A stretch of DNA of 32,000 nt, taken from positions 33,260-65,259 of the forward strand of contig NZ_LWLG01000014.1 of assembly GCF_001652585.1 (NCBI RefSeq), given 5' to 3'. Shown in pieces: positions 1-9,596 of this stretch. The stretch's first letter is position 1. Each line of letters opens with the position of its first letter. A model generated the notes under the pieces. That model was not told where the DNA came from, did no database searches, and saw only the letters and a program-made list of their open reading frames with translations. The position numbers were made by a program, and so were the translations under genes. Source of the DNA: Thermosulfurimonas dismutans. Lineage in GTDB: Bacteria > Desulfobacterota > Thermodesulfobacteria > Thermodesulfobacteriales > Thermodesulfobacteriaceae.

Positions 1-1
1 C

Positions 2-979
2 TTTGCAGTAAGGGTAGGTTGTCCCCGTCTTGTAACTACGGACTATATCCGTGAGGTCTGCGAGATTGCTGATAAATATTGCGACGGATATGTCCGCTGG
101 ACCACTCGTAATAACATCGAATTTCATGTGACAGACGAGGAAAAGCTTCGGGCCCTTCTTGATGATCTCAAGAGCCGTAAGTTCCCCGGTGGGTCCCAGA
201 AGTTCCCGGTAGGTGGCACGGGTGCCGGTGTGACTAACATCGTTCACACCCAGGGTTGGGTCCACTGCCACACGCCGGCCATTGATGCCTCCGGCGTGGT
301 GAAGGCCGTGATGGACGAACTCTTCGACTATTTCGGCAGTCATAAGCTTCCCGCCCAGGTGCGGATTGCTTTGGCCTGCTGTCTTAACATGTGTGGTGCG
401 GTTCACTGCTCCGACATCGCTATTCTCGGTATTCACCGTAAGCCGCCTCTGATTGAGGACGATCGTCTCCAGCACGTGTGTGAGATTCCTCTGGTAGTGG
501 CGTCTTGTCCGCTGGGGGCTATTAAGCCTGCTACGGTAGAGATCAACGGCGAGAAAAAGAAGACCGTGCGCGTGAATCAGGAACGGTGTATGTTCTGCGG
601 TAACTGCTATACCATGTGTCCGGCCATGCCGCTTGCCGACGGAGAGGGCGACGGCATTGCCATCCTCGTGGGTGGTAAGATCTCCAACCGGATCTCCCCG
701 CCCAAGTTCTCCAAACTGGTTATTCCTTTTATTCCCAACGAGCCTCCGCGGTGGCCGACCACCGTTAAGTGGATCAAGAAGATCCTTGAGACCTATGCTC
801 AGCATGCCCGTAAGTACGAGCGGCTCGGTGAGTGGGCTGAGAGGATCGGTTGGGAGCGGTTCTTTGAGCTCTGCGAGATTCCGTTTACGGAAAAGAGCAT
901 CGACGACTACCGTCTGGCCTACGACACCTATCGGACCTCGCTCCACTTCAAGTTCACTAGCCACGTAGAGCCGGCATAA
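2..979 (+). CDS. dsrB: Dissimilatory sulfite reductase beta subunit, 5'-truncated by the window edge
   Basis: The frame is open from nt 2 ([43 protein letters not shown]...). The ATG at 128 in the ORF track is therefore internal, and the gene starts left of the window. It has sulfite-reductase-type Cys clusters ([18 protein letters not shown]) and an inserted ferredoxin-like domain (CPLGAI...[12 protein letters not shown]). It is directly followed by dsrD. Confidence 0.9.
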   Translation, partial: FAVRVGCPRLVTTDYIREVCEIADKYCDGYVRWTTRNNIEFHVTDEEKLRALLDDLKSRKFPGGSQKFPVGGTGAGVTNIVHTQGWVHCHTPAIDASGVVKAVMDELFDYFGSHKLPAQVRIALACCLNMCGAVHCSDIAILGIHRKPPLIEDDRLQHVCEIPLVVASCPLGAIKPATVEINGEKKKTVRVNQERCMFCGNCYTMCPAMPLADGEGDGIAILVGGKISNRISPPKFSKLVIPFIPNEPPRWPTTVKWIKKILETYAQHARKYERLGEWAERIGWERFFELCEIPFTEKSIDDYRLAYDTYRTSLHFKFTSHVEPA

Positions 980-988
980 AAAGAAAGT

Positions 989-1010
989 GGGAGGCCCTTT
1001 AGGGCCTCCC
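989..1010 (+). promoter_or_regulatory. Intercistronic stem-loop between dsrB and dsrD (partial terminator or mRNA stabiliser)
   Basis: Perfect 9-bp stem gggaggccc / gggcctccc with loop ttta, 10 nt after the dsrB stop. It is followed by ttaattt and then the dsrD Shine-Dalgarno aggagg. Confidence 0.45.
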
Positions 1011-1040
1011 TTAATTTAAAAGGAAAGGAGGTATATTAAG

Positions 1041-1274
1041 ATGGCCATGGATAAAGAGGAACTTAAGAAGAAGATCATGGAATTCATGGAGAAGAAATCC
1101 GGGGCGAAGTCCAAGGTTTATCTGAAGGATATGCAGCGGGCTATCCCTGATGCTTCTCCCCGTGAGATTAAAAAGGCTGCTAATGAGCTTGTGCAGGAAG
1201 GGAAGTTGGAATACTTCTCCACCGGAAGTACTGTCATGTATGGTATTCCTGGAAAGGGTCAGCCTGTAGAATAG
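1041..1274 (+). CDS. dsrD: DsrD, small winged-helix protein of dsr operons
   Basis: 77 aa with AGGAGG about 9 nt upstream of the ATG. It has a Lys-rich N-terminal segment (KKSGAKSKVYLKDMQRAIPDASPREIKKAANELVQEGKLEY) and sits immediately after dsrB, as in dsrABD loci. Confidence 0.85.
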   Translation: MAMDKEELKKKIMEFMEKKSGAKSKVYLKDMQRAIPDASPREIKKAANELVQEGKLEYFSTGSTVMYGIPGKGQPVE

Positions 1275-1314
1275 GGTCTTAAGTCCCAATAATGTAAATC
1301 TAGTGAAAACGTGG

Positions 1315-1339
1315 GGGGAGACGCGTGTCTCCCCTTTTT
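1315..1339. terminator. Rho-independent terminator shared by convergent dsrD (+) and the kinase gene (-)
   Basis: 8-bp stem ggggagac / gtctcccc with loop gcgt, followed by ttttt on the + strand. On the - strand the same hairpin is followed by gttttc. It lies exactly between two convergent stop codons. Confidence 0.7.
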
Positions 1340-2283
1340 CATTCAAAAAGGGCCTTTCTCAGATAGGAAGGTAGGAGTTTTCTCAATCTTTTTTCTGCTC
1401 TGGGAATATAATCTCGAAACCAGCTTTTCCCCTGAGAACTCAGTTTTACAAAAGCCCCTAAAGCCTGCATAAGTCTAAAAATGGAGATCCTTTTGAACTC
1501 CTCTAGGAAAGTCTGTCGATCCCTGGAAGTTAAACGCAGATAGAGATCGAGAAGTCTTTCGGTAGGGATCCTTTCGACATAGGGATCCCACAGTAGGGAG
1601 GCCAAATCGTAGGACGGTGGTCCGATACGGGCCCCCTGAAAATCTATGACATAGAGCCTGCCATTCTTTACCATCAGGTTTCGGGACTGAAAGTCTCGAT
1701 GGAGAACTACGGTGTCCGTAAAACAGTCCACACTCTCTTGAAGGAAGTCTTCCAAGAGACTTCGCGTTTCTATAAACCAAGTCTTTTTTCGATGGATCTT
1801 AAGATACCATTTTTCAAAGTAGAGGATCTCTTTATGCCAAATGAGATCGCGATCGTAATACAGGGTTTCAAGCGTGGTTTCCCTAGGGAAGCGAGGGGTG
1901 AGAGCCTGAAGGTTTACTAGGATTTTTACGGCTTCAGGATACAATCTTTCCCGTTCGGGATGTTCGCAAAGTCTTAGGTCCCCTAGGTCTTCGACCAGAA
2001 GCAAGCCGTCCTGATCCCGGTAGGCCAGGATATCGGGAACAGGTATTCCGTGGCTCTTCAGGAAACGCCCGATGCGATAATAGGCTTGGGCTTCCCTAAG
2101 ACCATACTCTCCAGGCTGGGGGAGGATGAGGATAAAGCTTTCTTTTGGGGTCTTGATCCTTAAAAATTTTCTCGCCGAACCATCTCCCTGAAGAGGGATA
2201 ATTTCCTTGATGTTAAGTCCCAGCTCTCGCAGGGCCTCATGCAGGTAAACTGATTTTTCCTTTACAGGGAGCGTGGGGAACAT
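1339..2283 (-). CDS. Aminoglycoside-phosphotransferase-fold sugar kinase, AmgK-like (anomeric MurNAc/GlcNAc kinase family)
   Basis: 314 aa with an APH/choline-kinase-type layout: an N-terminal nucleotide-binding strand (LQGDGSARKFLRI), a catalytic loop (VLHRDFQSRNLMV) and a metal-binding motif (YVIDFQGAR). Its 5' end overlaps the preceding nucleotidyltransferase gene by 47 nt, the pairing typical of amgK-murU. Confidence 0.65.
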   Translation of the reverse strand: MFPTLPVKEKSVYLHEALRELGLNIKEIIPLQGDGSARKFLRIKTPKESFILILPQPGEYGLREAQAYYRIGRFLKSHGIPVPDILAYRDQDGLLLVEDLGDLRLCEHPERERLYPEAVKILVNLQALTPRFPRETTLETLYYDRDLIWHKEILYFEKWYLKIHRKKTWFIETRSLLEDFLQESVDCFTDTVVLHRDFQSRNLMVKNGRLYVIDFQGARIGPPSYDLASLLWDPYVERIPTERLLDLYLRLTSRDRQTFLEEFKRISIFRLMQALGAFVKLSSQGKSWFRDYIPRAEKRLRKLLPSYLRKALFE

Positions 2284-2965
2284 GGGCTTTACCCGAAAGG
2301 ATTTCTTCTTGAGCCTTAAGGTAGTTTTCAGGGGTGCCTATATCCCGCCAGTAGAAACCGGTAGCCACCAGGGCCTTAATCCCGTAGCCCCGGCCCAAGA
2401 GCTTCTCGTAGGCTGACACGAGCTCTCTGTCTTCCGGCAAGACTCTTATCCATTCTGGAGAAACTACTTGGATGCCGGTATAGGCCCATCCTTCTTCGGA
2501 GTCGTCTCCAAAACCGCGGATCCATCCGTTTTCTATCCGTACTTTGTTTAGCCCGGGATAGCGATGGAGGAACATGAGACAGGGCGGAGTCTCTCTTATA
2601 AAGGCCTCATAGACCACTCGCAGGGGGAAGTTGGTGAGGATGTCTCCGTTTATTACTAAAGTGGGTTCCGAGAAAAATTCGGTGGCGTTTCGTAGGGCGC
2701 CGCAGGTTCCAAGGAGCTCAGGTTCCTCAAAGACCTCTATTTTTATGGCTGGAACCCTTTTCGTATAGGTTTTTACAAATTCCAGGAGTCTTTCCTTGAG
2801 ATGCCAGGCATTAAGGCCAATACGGTTGAAACCCTGGGAAACCAGTTGATCGAGGATGATGGCGAGTAGAGGCTTTCCCAGAATAGAGAAGAGCGGTTTG
2901 GGGAGATGGTCTGAGTACGGACGGAGGCGTTTGCCCCGTCCGGCACACAGTACGAAGGCCTGCAT
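2237..2965 (-). CDS. Sugar-1-phosphate nucleotidyltransferase, MurU-like
   Basis: 242 aa with the NTP-transferase N-terminal signature [25 protein letters not shown]. It is adjacent to, and overlaps, the AmgK-like kinase. Confidence 0.7.
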   Translation of the reverse strand: MQAFVLCAGRGKRLRPYSDHLPKPLFSILGKPLLAIILDQLVSQGFNRIGLNAWHLKERLLEFVKTYTKRVPAIKIEVFEEPELLGTCGALRNATEFFSEPTLVINGDILTNFPLRVVYEAFIRETPPCLMFLHRYPGLNKVRIENGWIRGFGDDSEEGWAYTGIQVVSPEWIRVLPEDRELVSAYEKLLGRGYGIKALVATGFYWRDIGTPENYLKAQEEILSGKAHVPHAPCKGKISLPA

Positions 2966-3168
2966 CAGGCCTGGGCCTGGGTTTTAACCCCTTCGGTTTT
3001 TTCGATTCGTTCCACTTCTTCTTTGATGTCAGCTTCTCGTAAGGCCTGTTTGAAGGAACGTATACCTTTGCCCAGACCGGCCCCGATTTCCGGAAGACGC
3101 TTGGCTCCGAAAAGAAGGAAAGCCAGGAATAGAATGATTAACAGTTCCTGAGTCCCGAGTCCGAACAT
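2965..3168 (-). CDS. tatA: Twin-arginine translocase subunit TatA/E
   Basis: 67 aa with a single N-terminal TM helix plus an amphipathic helix ([40 protein letters not shown]). It lies next to tatC. Confidence 0.9.
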   Translation of the reverse strand: MFGLGTQELLIILFLAFLLFGAKRLPEIGAGLGKGIRSFKQALREADIKEEVERIEKTEGVKTQAQA

Positions 3169-3187
3169 AGCCGCCTCCTCCTATAAT

Positions 3188-3934
3188 TTAACCCTTGGTT
3201 TCCAATAACCATACCACAAAGATACTTAGTTCGTAAAGGATGACCAGAGGTACGGCTAGGAAGAGCTGATTGACTACGTCGGGAGTAGGCGTGAGAATGG
3301 CCGCCACTACAAAAGCCGCTAGTACGGCGTAAGGTCTTATGCGGGAGAGGGTGCGAGCTTTGATTATCCCCAGTCTGGCTCCCACCGCAAGGGCTACTGG
3401 TATTTCGAAGCAGAGTCCGAAAACGAGTAGCATCCTGACCGCAAAGCTTACATAATCCCGAAATACGGGTTTGAAGACCAGAAATTGGCCGCCAAAGGTG
3501 GCCAAAAAACGAAAGGCTTTCGGAAAAACCAAGAAATAGGCGAAGGCCGCGCCCCCGAGAAAGGCTATACAGGAAAAAAAGATTAGAGGTCGAGCGAAGC
3601 GTTTTTCGTGGGCATAAAGCCCCGGGGCCACGAACCGCCAAGCCTGAAAGATGATGAAGGGACTGGCCAGGATGGCCCCACAAATGAGGGCGATCTTGAG
3701 ATAGGTAAAAAAGGCCTCTTGGTAAGCAATGAAGATAATCTTCCCTTTCTCCGGAATGACCGGAAGAAGGGGTTTCAGAAGAAAGTTTAGCAGGGGTTCA
3801 AGCTGCCAGTAGCAAAGGGCCGAGGCCAAGATCCACGCAATAAGGCTCTTTACGAGCCTTTCCCGAAGCTCAAGAAGATGGGCCGTTAAAGGGAGGTTCT
3901 GGTCTTCTTCGGGAAGGACGTTTTCGGTATTCAC
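3188..3934 (-). CDS. tatC: Twin-arginine translocase subunit TatC
   Basis: 248 aa, polytopic. It has a TatC-like N-terminus (PLTAHLLELRERLVKSLIAWILA) and repeated hydrophobic helices. Its start overlaps the tkt stop by 1 nt. Confidence 0.9.
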   Translation of the reverse strand: MNTENVLPEEDQNLPLTAHLLELRERLVKSLIAWILASALCYWQLEPLLNFLLKPLLPVIPEKGKIIFIAYQEAFFTYLKIALICGAILASPFIIFQAWRFVAPGLYAHEKRFARPLIFFSCIAFLGGAAFAYFLVFPKAFRFLATFGGQFLVFKPVFRDYVSFAVRMLLVFGLCFEIPVALAVGARLGIIKARTLSRIRPYAVLAAFVVAAILTPTPDVVNQLFLAVPLVILYELSIFVVWLLETKG

Positions 3935-5880
3935 TAGGCCTTTATAAGGGCCTCCATTTCTTGAGCTAGGCTTTCGGGATCAAGACCAGCCCGGGCAAAT
4001 AGCTCATCCGGTTTCCCAGAGGTGGTATAACTTTCAAACCCTTTGAGTTTGATCTTGGCCGAGATCCCAGAAAGACCCAGTTCTTTGGCACACAGGGCTC
4101 CCAGGCCGGTTTCTACCAGATGGTCCTCCACCACCACGACCGGACCACTCCTTGCTGCCGAAAGTAGGTCTTCTCTAGGGAAAGGTCGTATGGAGGCTAT
4201 GTTGAGAAGACCCACTTCATAGCCTTTTTCTTTGAGGATCTCGCAGGCCGTAAGGCAACGATGAACCATAGGCCCATAACTCACAAAGGTGCCATCCTTC
4301 CCCCGACGTATCCAGTCGGCTCTTCCCGGCTGAAAACGGTAGGCCTTTCCGAAAAAGGGCTGCCCCTCTTCATCCGTAATTACCGGAACTTTGGATCGAC
4401 CCATACCCACGAAGACGTTTCCTGGCTGAAGAGCCACGAAGCGTATGATGTGGTCGGTCTGATTGGGGTCGGCAGGAAGATAGATGTCGAACCCCTTAAG
4501 GCTCAAAAGCAATCCCAGATAGTCTACGCACTGATGGGTAGGCCCGTCTTCGCCTACATCTACCCCCAAATGGGTGCAGACTACTTTGAGAGCCGTGTGA
4601 TTGAGGGCGTTGAGACGCAGTTGGTTATAAACCTCGTCCACCCCAAAGACCCCGAAGGTGGAGAAGAAGACTAGAAAACCTTCCTTGGAAAGGGCTCCAG
4701 ATACGGTGGCGGTGTGGTGTTCCTGAATCCCGGACTCGTGAAAGGCCTGCGGGGAGTGTTTTTTGAAGGCCGTCATCTTGACCGAGGACTCCAGATCGCA
4801 GGTGAGCCCCAACACCTTCGGAGGTTTTCCGGGAAGATTGTTCTTTTCGGCTAGAGAGAGTAGGGCTTTTCCGTAAGCCGAACGGCAGTCAGTTTTGAGG
4901 TCGGGTTCGTAGAGAACCGGCTCTCCGGGATCGATTGCCACCGATTCGGGCTCGTGAGGCTGGTGAGGGAAACTTACAGGATAGTTTTTGCGTTTTTCGG
5001 CCAAACGGTCTAGCTCTTCGGGATCAAAGCCGAGCTCTGAAAGGGCCTTCTTACATAGTTCGGAAGAAAGAGGGGCCCCGTGCCATTTGGCGTCGTTTTC
5101 CATAAAGGAGATGCCTTTCCCCATGACGGTGTGGGCCAGGATGGCAGTCGGTCTTTCAGGATGGGGGACCTCGCCCCGGATAAAGTTTCGCAGGGCCCGG
5201 TAGAGGGCCTGAAAGTCGTGGCCGTTCACCTCAATTACGTTCCAGCCCGTGGCTTCGATTTCGGCCCGGAGATCCTGCGGCATAACCTGATAAATATCGC
5301 CTCCGATCTGGAGGCGGTTGTAGTCAATTAGCACGCAGAGGTTGTTGAGCCCAAACTTGACTGCCCAGCGCCGGGCCTCGATGACCTGACCTTTTTGTTG
5401 TTCGCCGTCTCCCATGAGGCAAAAGACTTTGGCGGGAAGCCCTTTGAGCTTGATAGCCCGGGCCATACCGCAGGCCGCGGACAATCCCTGTCCCAGGTTC
5501 CCGGTGTTCCATTCCACCCCTGGCACGGCCTGCTCCACATGTCCGGCGAAGGCTGAACCCGCTCTCCGGAATTCCATGAGAAAGGGTTCCTCCGGAAAGA
5601 AGCCGTATTCACAAAGGACACTATAGACTCCCGGACTTATGTGTCCGTGGCTTACCACCACTCGGTCCCTTTCGGGATGACGGGGCTTTTGAGGATCGAC
5701 TTTGGCCAAGGCGTAGACCATGAGAAGAAGGGAAAGAGAGGAAAGGGAACCTCCGGGATGCCCCGAGCCTGCAAGAGTGGTAGCCAGAATTATTCTACGG
5801 GCGCAGCGCCTGGTGGCTTCTTTGAACCATTCTACTTCCTCCGGGGAAAGCTCGGCTTTTTCCGGATCGAGCTTGAGCAT
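3934..5880 (-). CDS. tkt: Transketolase (single-polypeptide form)
   Basis: 648 aa with a ThDP-binding N-domain (SGHPGGSLSSL, GDGEQQKGQVIEA), a pyrimidine-binding middle domain and a C-terminal domain. Confidence 0.85.
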   Translation of the reverse strand: MLKLDPEKAELSPEEVEWFKEATRRCARRIILATTLAGSGHPGGSLSSLSLLLMVYALAKVDPQKPRHPERDRVVVSHGHISPGVYSVLCEYGFFPEEPFLMEFRRAGSAFAGHVEQAVPGVEWNTGNLGQGLSAACGMARAIKLKGLPAKVFCLMGDGEQQKGQVIEARRWAVKFGLNNLCVLIDYNRLQIGGDIYQVMPQDLRAEIEATGWNVIEVNGHDFQALYRALRNFIRGEVPHPERPTAILAHTVMGKGISFMENDAKWHGAPLSSELCKKALSELGFDPEELDRLAEKRKNYPVSFPHQPHEPESVAIDPGEPVLYEPDLKTDCRSAYGKALLSLAEKNNLPGKPPKVLGLTCDLESSVKMTAFKKHSPQAFHESGIQEHHTATVSGALSKEGFLVFFSTFGVFGVDEVYNQLRLNALNHTALKVVCTHLGVDVGEDGPTHQCVDYLGLLLSLKGFDIYLPADPNQTDHIIRFVALQPGNVFVGMGRSKVPVITDEEGQPFFGKAYRFQPGRADWIRRGKDGTFVSYGPMVHRCLTACEILKEKGYEVGLLNIASIRPFPREDLLSAARSGPVVVVEDHLVETGLGALCAKELGLSGISAKIKLKGFESYTTSGKPDELFARAGLDPESLAQEMEALIKA

Positions 5881-5890
5881 TTCAGCCTCC

Positions 5891-6388
5891 CTAAAGACTT
5901 TTCTTTTCGCGTTTCATGGCTATTACACCGGTGCGCACAATCTCCTTGATGCCGATGGGTTTCAGGAGTTCGATAACTGCCTGAAGCTTGCTTTGTGGAC
6001 CGGTAACCTCGATGGTGTAGGTCTTAGGACTTACGTCCACCACCTTGCAACGGAAGATGTCACACATCCTGAGGACTTCGGCTCGGGTCTCCTTTTCGGC
6101 CCGAACCTTGATGAGGGCCATTTCTCTTTCCACGAATTCGCCCTCTTCAGTGACGTCTACTACCTTGTAAACGTCTACCAGACGCCGGAGTTGCTTGATG
6201 ATTTGCTCGATAATCAAATCGTCGCCGTAAGTCACCAGCGTCAGGTGAGAAAGGGTAGGGTCCAGGGTTTCGGCCACGCACAGGCTGTCGATGTTAAACC
6301 CCCGTCCGCTGAAAAGCCCCGCAATTCGGGCCAGCGCTCCCGGAGTATTTTCCACCAACACCGAAAGGGTGTGTTTCCTTTCCGCCAT
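5891..6388 (-). CDS. ilvN: Acetolactate synthase small (regulatory, ACT-domain) subunit
   Basis: 165 aa with the classic opening HTLSVLVENTPGALARIAGLFSGRGFNIDSL. It sits 9 nt downstream of ilvB. Confidence 0.92.
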   Translation of the reverse strand: MAERKHTLSVLVENTPGALARIAGLFSGRGFNIDSLCVAETLDPTLSHLTLVTYGDDLIIEQIIKQLRRLVDVYKVVDVTEEGEFVEREMALIKVRAEKETRAEVLRMCDIFRCKVVDVSPKTYTIEVTGPQSKLQAVIELLKPIGIKEIVRTGVIAMKREKKSL

Positions 6389-6397
6389 TTCTGCCTC

Positions 6398-8101
6398 CTA
6401 AACCAGTATCATTTCGGTGGTGGCCCTTCCGGCCGGAACCATTGGAAAAACGCCCTCCTCCGGGGCGATATGGATATCAACCAGAGTGAGCCTATCGCTT
6501 TCTAGGGCCTGTTTCAGAACCGGTTCCACCTCTTCTATTTTGGTAGCCCGCAGTCCCAAGGCCCCGTAAGCCTCGGCCAGTTTAACAAAGTCTGGGGTGA
6601 CCTGGAACTTGACCGCTGAGTAACGCCTTTCGTAGAAGAGCTCCTGCCACTGTCTCACCATACCCAGGTAGCCGTTGTTGAGGATGATGACCTTTACCGG
6701 AAGTCCCTGTTCCATGGCAGTGGCCATCTCCTGGATGTTCATCTGAATAGAACCGTCCCCGGCAATGTCTATCACCATTTTATCGGGATTGCCCATCTGG
6801 GCTCCGATGGCTGCCGGAAACCCAAAGCCCATGGTGCCCAAACCACCGGAGGTGATGAGGGTGCGCGGTTTGTCGAACTTGTAATATTGGGCAGCCCACA
6901 TCTGATTTTGTCCCACTTCCGTGGTGATGATGGCCTCACCTTTGGTAAGCTCATAGAGTTTCTCTATCACAAACTGCGGCTTTATGTATTCCCCTTCTTG
7001 TTTGTAGGAGAGGGGATAGCGCTTTTTCCAGATTTCAATCTGTTCCCACCATTCTTTGAACTGTTCCCGCCAGATTTTCTCCGGGCGTCCCACCTCTTTT
7101 ACGATTTCCAGAAGTTTTTCAAGGACCCGCTTACAATCGCCCACAATGGGCACATCCACCCGTACGTTCTTCTGGATGGAGGTGGGGTCGATATCGATGT
7201 GGATGATCTTGGCCATAGGGGCGAAGGCATCCACCTTGCCGGTCACCCGATCGTCAAACCGAGCGCCCACGGCCAAGATAAGGTCACTATTGGCCACGGC
7301 CATATTGGCGTAATAGGTTCCGTGCATGCCAAGCATCCCCAGCGACTGGGGATGAGTTCCGGGAAAGCCCCCAAGGCCCATGAGGGTCATGGTGACGGGA
7401 ATATTCAGACGCTCGGCAAGCTCTTTTACCTCTTCATGTGCACCGGAGGCAATCACTCCTCCGCCAACGAGGATTACCGGCCGGGTAGAGCTTTCGAGGA
7501 GTCGATAAGCTCTTTCCACCTGGCGAGGATGGGGATCATAAACCGGATGATAGCTTCGAAGTTTCAGGTCCTCCGGCCAATAAAATTCGGCTTTCCCCTG
7601 CTGGACATCCTTGGGCAGATCCACCAATACCGGCCCCGGTCTTCCGGTACGGGCGATATGAAAGGCTGCTCTCAAAATCCGAGGGAGATCCTCCGTCCGT
7701 TTAACCAGGAAATTGTGCTTGGTGCAGGGCCGGGTAATTCCGGTTATGTCCACCTCCTGAAAGGCGTCGTTTCCGATGAGTTTGGTGGGCACCTGTCCGG
7801 TAAGAATAACTATCGGGATAGAGTCCATGTAAGCGGTGGCGATCCCGGTGACGGTATTGGTAGCGCCGGGTCCGGAAGTTACCAGACACACCCCCACCCT
7901 TCCTGTGGAGCGAGCATAGCCATCCGCCGCATGGGTTGCTCCCTGCTCGTGCCTTACCAGGACGTGTTTTATCTCCGGAGTCTTGTAGAGTTCATCGTAG
8001 ATATCGATAACTGCCCCTCCGGGATAACCGAAAATAACATCCACTCCCTCGCGCTTCAGGGCCTCCACGATCATCTGGGCCCCGGTCATAACCTTCCCCA
8101 C
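6398..8101 (-). CDS. ilvB: Acetolactate synthase large (catalytic, ThDP/FAD) subunit
   Basis: 567 aa. It has an N-terminal [25 protein letters not shown], and the ThDP motif [16 protein letters not shown]...[16 protein letters not shown]. Confidence 0.92.
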   Translation of the reverse strand: MGKVMTGAQMIVEALKREGVDVIFGYPGGAVIDIYDELYKTPEIKHVLVRHEQGATHAADGYARSTGRVGVCLVTSGPGATNTVTGIATAYMDSIPIVILTGQVPTKLIGNDAFQEVDITGITRPCTKHNFLVKRTEDLPRILRAAFHIARTGRPGPVLVDLPKDVQQGKAEFYWPEDLKLRSYHPVYDPHPRQVERAYRLLESSTRPVILVGGGVIASGAHEEVKELAERLNIPVTMTLMGLGGFPGTHPQSLGMLGMHGTYYANMAVANSDLILAVGARFDDRVTGKVDAFAPMAKIIHIDIDPTSIQKNVRVDVPIVGDCKRVLEKLLEIVKEVGRPEKIWREQFKEWWEQIEIWKKRYPLSYKQEGEYIKPQFVIEKLYELTKGEAIITTEVGQNQMWAAQYYKFDKPRTLITSGGLGTMGFGFPAAIGAQMGNPDKMVIDIAGDGSIQMNIQEMATAMEQGLPVKVIILNNGYLGMVRQWQELFYERRYSAVKFQVTPDFVKLAEAYGALGLRATKIEEVEPVLKQALESDRLTLVDIHIAPEEGVFPMVPAGRATTEMILV

Positions 8102-8105
8102 GGCC

Positions 8106-8318
8106 TTAACCTCCTTCTCGTTTTATGAGTTCGTAAATCTGATCCTTTAAGGCCAGTTTTTCCTTTTGAATCTGCTTCTTTCTTACCTCTTCGTCCGCGG
8201 AGAGATAAGCCTTTCGCACCAGTTCCTCGAGCTCCCGCTCAAGGGCCTGGTGTTTTTCGAAAAGCTCCTTGACCTCCGGATTTTTTTGGGCATACTGTTT
8301 CACTAATTCTTTATCCAT
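8106..8318 (-). CDS. DUF465 (YdcH-like) small coiled-coil protein
   Basis: 70 aa with the pattern [21 protein letters not shown]...[19 protein letters not shown], typical of the YdcH/DUF465 family. It is the first gene of the minus-strand block, 4 nt before ilvB. Confidence 0.7.
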   Translation of the reverse strand: MDKELVKQYAQKNPEVKELFEKHQALERELEELVRKAYLSADEEVRKKQIQKEKLALKDQIYELIKREGG

Positions 8319-8513
8319 AGGGCTCTCCTTTTATTTGGATTTTGGGAGGTTGTCAAGGATTGTGAAATCTGTATCAAAGTGAAAAACTTTGGCATCCCTT
8401 ACTTAAGATGCTAGCGAAAAAGATCGATGAAAGTCAAGGGGTAATTCTTTTCTTGAATATTAGGCTTTTTTGTATTAAAAAAGTCTAAAATTTTTGAAGG
8501 GAGGTAAGACCCG

Positions 8514-9596
8514 ATGGCTGACGAGCGCAATTACAAGATTGCGGTTATCCCCGGAGATGGAACCGGACCGGAAGTTATAAGAGAGGGCGTAAAGGTCCTT
8601 CAGGCCGCGGCTGGGCGATTCGGTTTCAATCTGGACCTCAATTATTTCGACTGGGGAGGAGATCGATATCTTCGTACCGGAGAGACCATCCCTGAGGGGG
8701 GGATCGACGAACTCAAAAAACACGACGCTATCTATCTTGGAGCTATCGGACATCCGGATGTGAAACCGGGGATCTTGGAAAAGGACATTCTTCTGAGGAT
8801 TCGCTTCGAGCTCGATCAATATGTGAATTTGCGGCCGGTGAAACTCTATCCCGGTGTCTGGACCCCCATTAAGGACAAGGGGCCGGAAGATATAGACTTC
8901 GTAGTAGTTCGAGAAAATACCGAAGGTCTTTACGCCGGCGGGGGATGCTTCCTTCGCAAAGGCACCCCGCAGGAAGTGGCTATTCAGGAATCCGTAAACA
9001 CCCGCTACGGCGTGGAGCGTTGTATCCGTTTCGCCTTCGAATATTGCCGTAAGCGCAACAAGAAGAAAAAGGTCACCCTGGTGGGCAAGACCAACGTCCT
9101 TACTTATGCCTGGAACCTTTGGGAACGCACTTTTTATGAGGTGGCCAAGGAATATCCCGATATAGAAGTCGATTACGCCCATGTGGACGCCACCTGCATG
9201 TGGTTTGTGAAAAATCCCGAATGGTTCGATGTTATCGTGACCGACAACATGTTCGGGGACATCATTACTGACCTTGGGGCCATGATCCAGGGGGGCATGG
9301 GTATCGCCGCTGGGGGTAATATTAATCCTCAAGGGGTTTCCATGTTCGAGCCCATTGGGGGTTCGGCTCCGAAGTATACCGGGAAGAACGTGATTAACCC
9401 GCTGGCGGCCATCTGTGCTGGGATGATGATGCTTGAGCATCTAGGTGAGGAGGAGGCTGCCCGGGCCATTGAAAAGGCGGTCATTAAGGTCTGTCGCGAT
9501 CACCTGAAGAGCATGTCTGCCGGAAAGATGGGGTATTCCACCAGCGAGGTGGGAGACCTCGTGGCCAAGTACACCGAAGAGGGGGTAGATCTTTAA
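8514..9596 (+). CDS. leuB: Isopropylmalate/tartrate (D-malate) dehydrogenase-family oxidative decarboxylase; probably 3-isopropylmalate dehydrogenase
   Basis: 360 aa with the motifs [34 protein letters not shown] and [12 protein letters not shown]. The SD gggagg lies 8 nt upstream. By eye the sequence is closer to the DmlA/TtuC-like subfamily than to E. coli LeuB, so substrate assignment is uncertain. Confidence 0.6.
   Translation: MADERNYKIAVIPGDGTGPEVIREGVKVLQAAAGRFGFNLDLNYFDWGGDRYLRTGETIPEGGIDELKKHDAIYLGAIGHPDVKPGILEKDILLRIRFELDQYVNLRPVKLYPGVWTPIKDKGPEDIDFVVVRENTEGLYAGGGCFLRKGTPQEVAIQESVNTRYGVERCIRFAFEYCRKRNKKKKVTLVGKTNVLTYAWNLWERTFYEVAKEYPDIEVDYAHVDATCMWFVKNPEWFDVIVTDNMFGDIITDLGAMIQGGMGIAAGGNINPQGVSMFEPIGGSAPKYTGKNVINPLAAICAGMMMLEHLGEEEAARAIEKAVIKVCRDHLKSMSAGKMGYSTSEVGDLVAKYTEEGVDL

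Noticed and set aside
1011-1346. 111-aa minus-strand ORF
   Set aside because: It is antisense to dsrD and to both hairpins, so it is a shadow ORF.
3138-3683. 181-aa minus-strand ORF overlapping tatC in another frame
   Set aside because: It is an R/S/G/L-rich alternative frame of tatC. The TatC frame gives a coherent six-helix membrane protein.
5720-6505. 261-aa plus-strand ORF spanning the tkt/ilvN/ilvB junctions
   Set aside because: It is antisense to three well-supported genes and crosses their intergenic gaps, so it is a shadow ORF.
6887-8128. 413-aa plus-strand ORF
   Set aside because: It is entirely antisense to ilvB, whose product is unmistakable. The plus-strand translation is low-complexity (G/H/P/L-rich) with no motifs, so it is a shadow ORF of a GC-rich gene.
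8475-9440. 321-aa minus-strand ORF
   Set aside because: It is antisense to the IPMDH-family gene, which has strong family motifs and an SD. The antisense translation has no recognisable features.
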